Notes under the pieces: model-generated
What the model saw: only the letters and a program-made list of their open reading frames with translations
The model's database searches: none
What the model was told of the DNA's origin: nothing
Made by a program: the position numbers and the translations under genes
Origin: Calditrichia bacterium
Lineage (GTDB): Bacteria > Calditrichota > Calditrichia > JAJRVZ01
Assembly: GCA_963796965.1 (NCBI GenBank)
Contig: CAWCNS010000006.1
Span: forward strand, 416,001 to 480,000
Reading direction: 5' to 3'
Length of the DNA stretch: 64,000 nt
Shown here: positions 62,784 through 64,000 of the stretch, piece after piece
How positions within the stretch are numbered: the stretch's first letter is position 1
Layout of the letters: each line of letters begins with the position of its first letter

Positions 62784-64000
62784 GTGGATATACAAAAAAT
62801 AAAGAACATCAGGGACTTGCGAAAGACTAACTACAAAGTGCGAAATGTGAGAGCGGAGTTAAGTGAAAATCTGATCCGGAAGATTGAATCAAGTGAAGAG
62901 ATATTTCCGGGAATTATTGGATATGATGACACAATTATTCCGGATTTACAAAATGCGATTTTATCCAAACATGATTTTATTTTACTCGGCTTAAGAGGTC
63001 AGGCAAAATCCAGAATTTTGAGAAGTCTGGTAAACCTGCTAGATGATTATATCCCAATAATTGAGGGTAGTGAAATCAATGATCATCCCTTTGAACCCAT
63101 ATCTAAATATGGTCGCGAACTTGTCCAAAAACATGGTGATGATACACCAATTCAATGGATTACCAGAGATCAGCGCTACAGTGAAAAATTGGCGACGCCT
63201 GATGTTTCTATTGCCGATTTGATTGGTGATATAGATCCGATTAAAGCAGCAACAAAGCGTCTAAATTATGCCCATGAGGGTGCTATTCATTTTGGTATTA
63301 TTCCACGAACAAACAGGGGAATTTTTGTAATCAATGAATTACCTGATTTACAGCCGCGAATACAGGTGGGGTTATTAAATATTCTGGAAGAAAATGATTT
63401 GCAAATCCGGGGATATCCCATGCGCATACCGCTGGATATTGTAATTGCTTTTTCTGCAAATCCGGAAGATTATACCAATAGGGGCAATATTATTACACCA
63501 TTGAAGGATCGAATAGATTCGCAGATTATAACCCATTATCCCCTCCAGGTTGAATCAGGCATTGAAATTACCAATCAGGAGGCCTGGCAAAAACGTGAGA
63601 GGGTGGATTCTGAAGAGCAGTATCCCCATTATTTTCGAGAAATAATCGAATATATCGCCGTAGAAGCGCGGGAAAATGAACTGATCGATCAAAAATCAGG
63701 TGTTTCTGCACGTTTACCAATTTCTTGCATGGAATTATTGCTTAGTAATGCGGAGAGAAGGGCAAATTTAAATAAGGAACTCCACACCACCATTCGTATT
63801 TCTGATATAAATGCTGTTATTCCGGCCATTACCGGTAAAATAGAGCTAGTCTATGAAGGAGAACAGGAAGGAATAATAAATGTTGCAAAGATTCTTATTG
63901 GAAAAGCGATAAAAAGGGTCTTTGAAAAATATTTCCCAATTCCTGAAGGAAATAGAAAAGATAAAATGCCGATTAAAGGACGTGAATCTGGAGAAAATAT
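62784..64000 (+). CDS. Mg-chelatase/MoxR-like AAA+ ATPase, 3'-truncated (not in ORF track)
   Basis: GTG 62784 after AAGGA; manual translation FPGIIGYDDT...LLGLRGQAKSR...EKLATPD...INELPDL...SANPEDYTNRG; runs off the window end. Confidence 0.88.
   Translation, partial: MDIQKIKNIRDLRKTNYKVRNVRAELSENLIRKIESSEEIFPGIIGYDDTIIPDLQNAILSKHDFILLGLRGQAKSRILRSLVNLLDDYIPIIEGSEINDHPFEPISKYGRELVQKHGDDTPIQWITRDQRYSEKLATPDVSIADLIGDIDPIKAATKRLNYAHEGAIHFGIIPRTNRGIFVINELPDLQPRIQVGLLNILEENDLQIRGYPMRIPLDIVIAFSANPEDYTNRGNIITPLKDRIDSQIITHYPLQVESGIEITNQEAWQKRERVDSEEQYPHYFREIIEYIAVEARENELIDQKSGVSARLPISCMELLLSNAERRANLNKELHTTIRISDINAVIPAITGKIELVYEGEQEGIINVAKILIGKAIKRVFEKYFPIPEGNRKDKMPIKGRESGEN

Overview
AT-rich chromosomal window from a diderm bacterium. 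LpxH, TolC, a TonB receptor, a PorV-like barrel and FlgD-Ig/'YPNPFN' C-terminal domains suggest an FCB-related lineage such as Calditrichota (inference). Most genes are housekeeping or envelope genes: S9 peptidase, hflKC, serC, a GH3/serine-hydrolase fusion, a TolC-MFP-MacB-type ABC operon, AmgK-RapZ/MurU, murB, murA, lpxH and a VWA/AAA pair. The standout is a compact peptide-export locus at about 21.0-27.8 kb. It has a sigma54-type promoter, a C39 peptidase-ABC transporter (PCAT), a multi-TM protein, a MauE/DoxX-like CGCxG protein, a membrane-anchored CxxC thioredoxin, two tandem double-glycine precursors (one missing from the ORF track) whose hydrophobic, non-cationic cores both carry Cys-X29-Cys, and a second ABC system. 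No HlyD adaptor or RiPP tailoring enzyme is visible. Other points: a SusD-less TonB receptor/CTD-cargo/PorV module, inverted repeats flanking lpxH, several REP-like palindrome families, and nine reading-frame breaks that probably reflect assembly indels. No rRNA, tRNA, CRISPR array or transposase was recognised.
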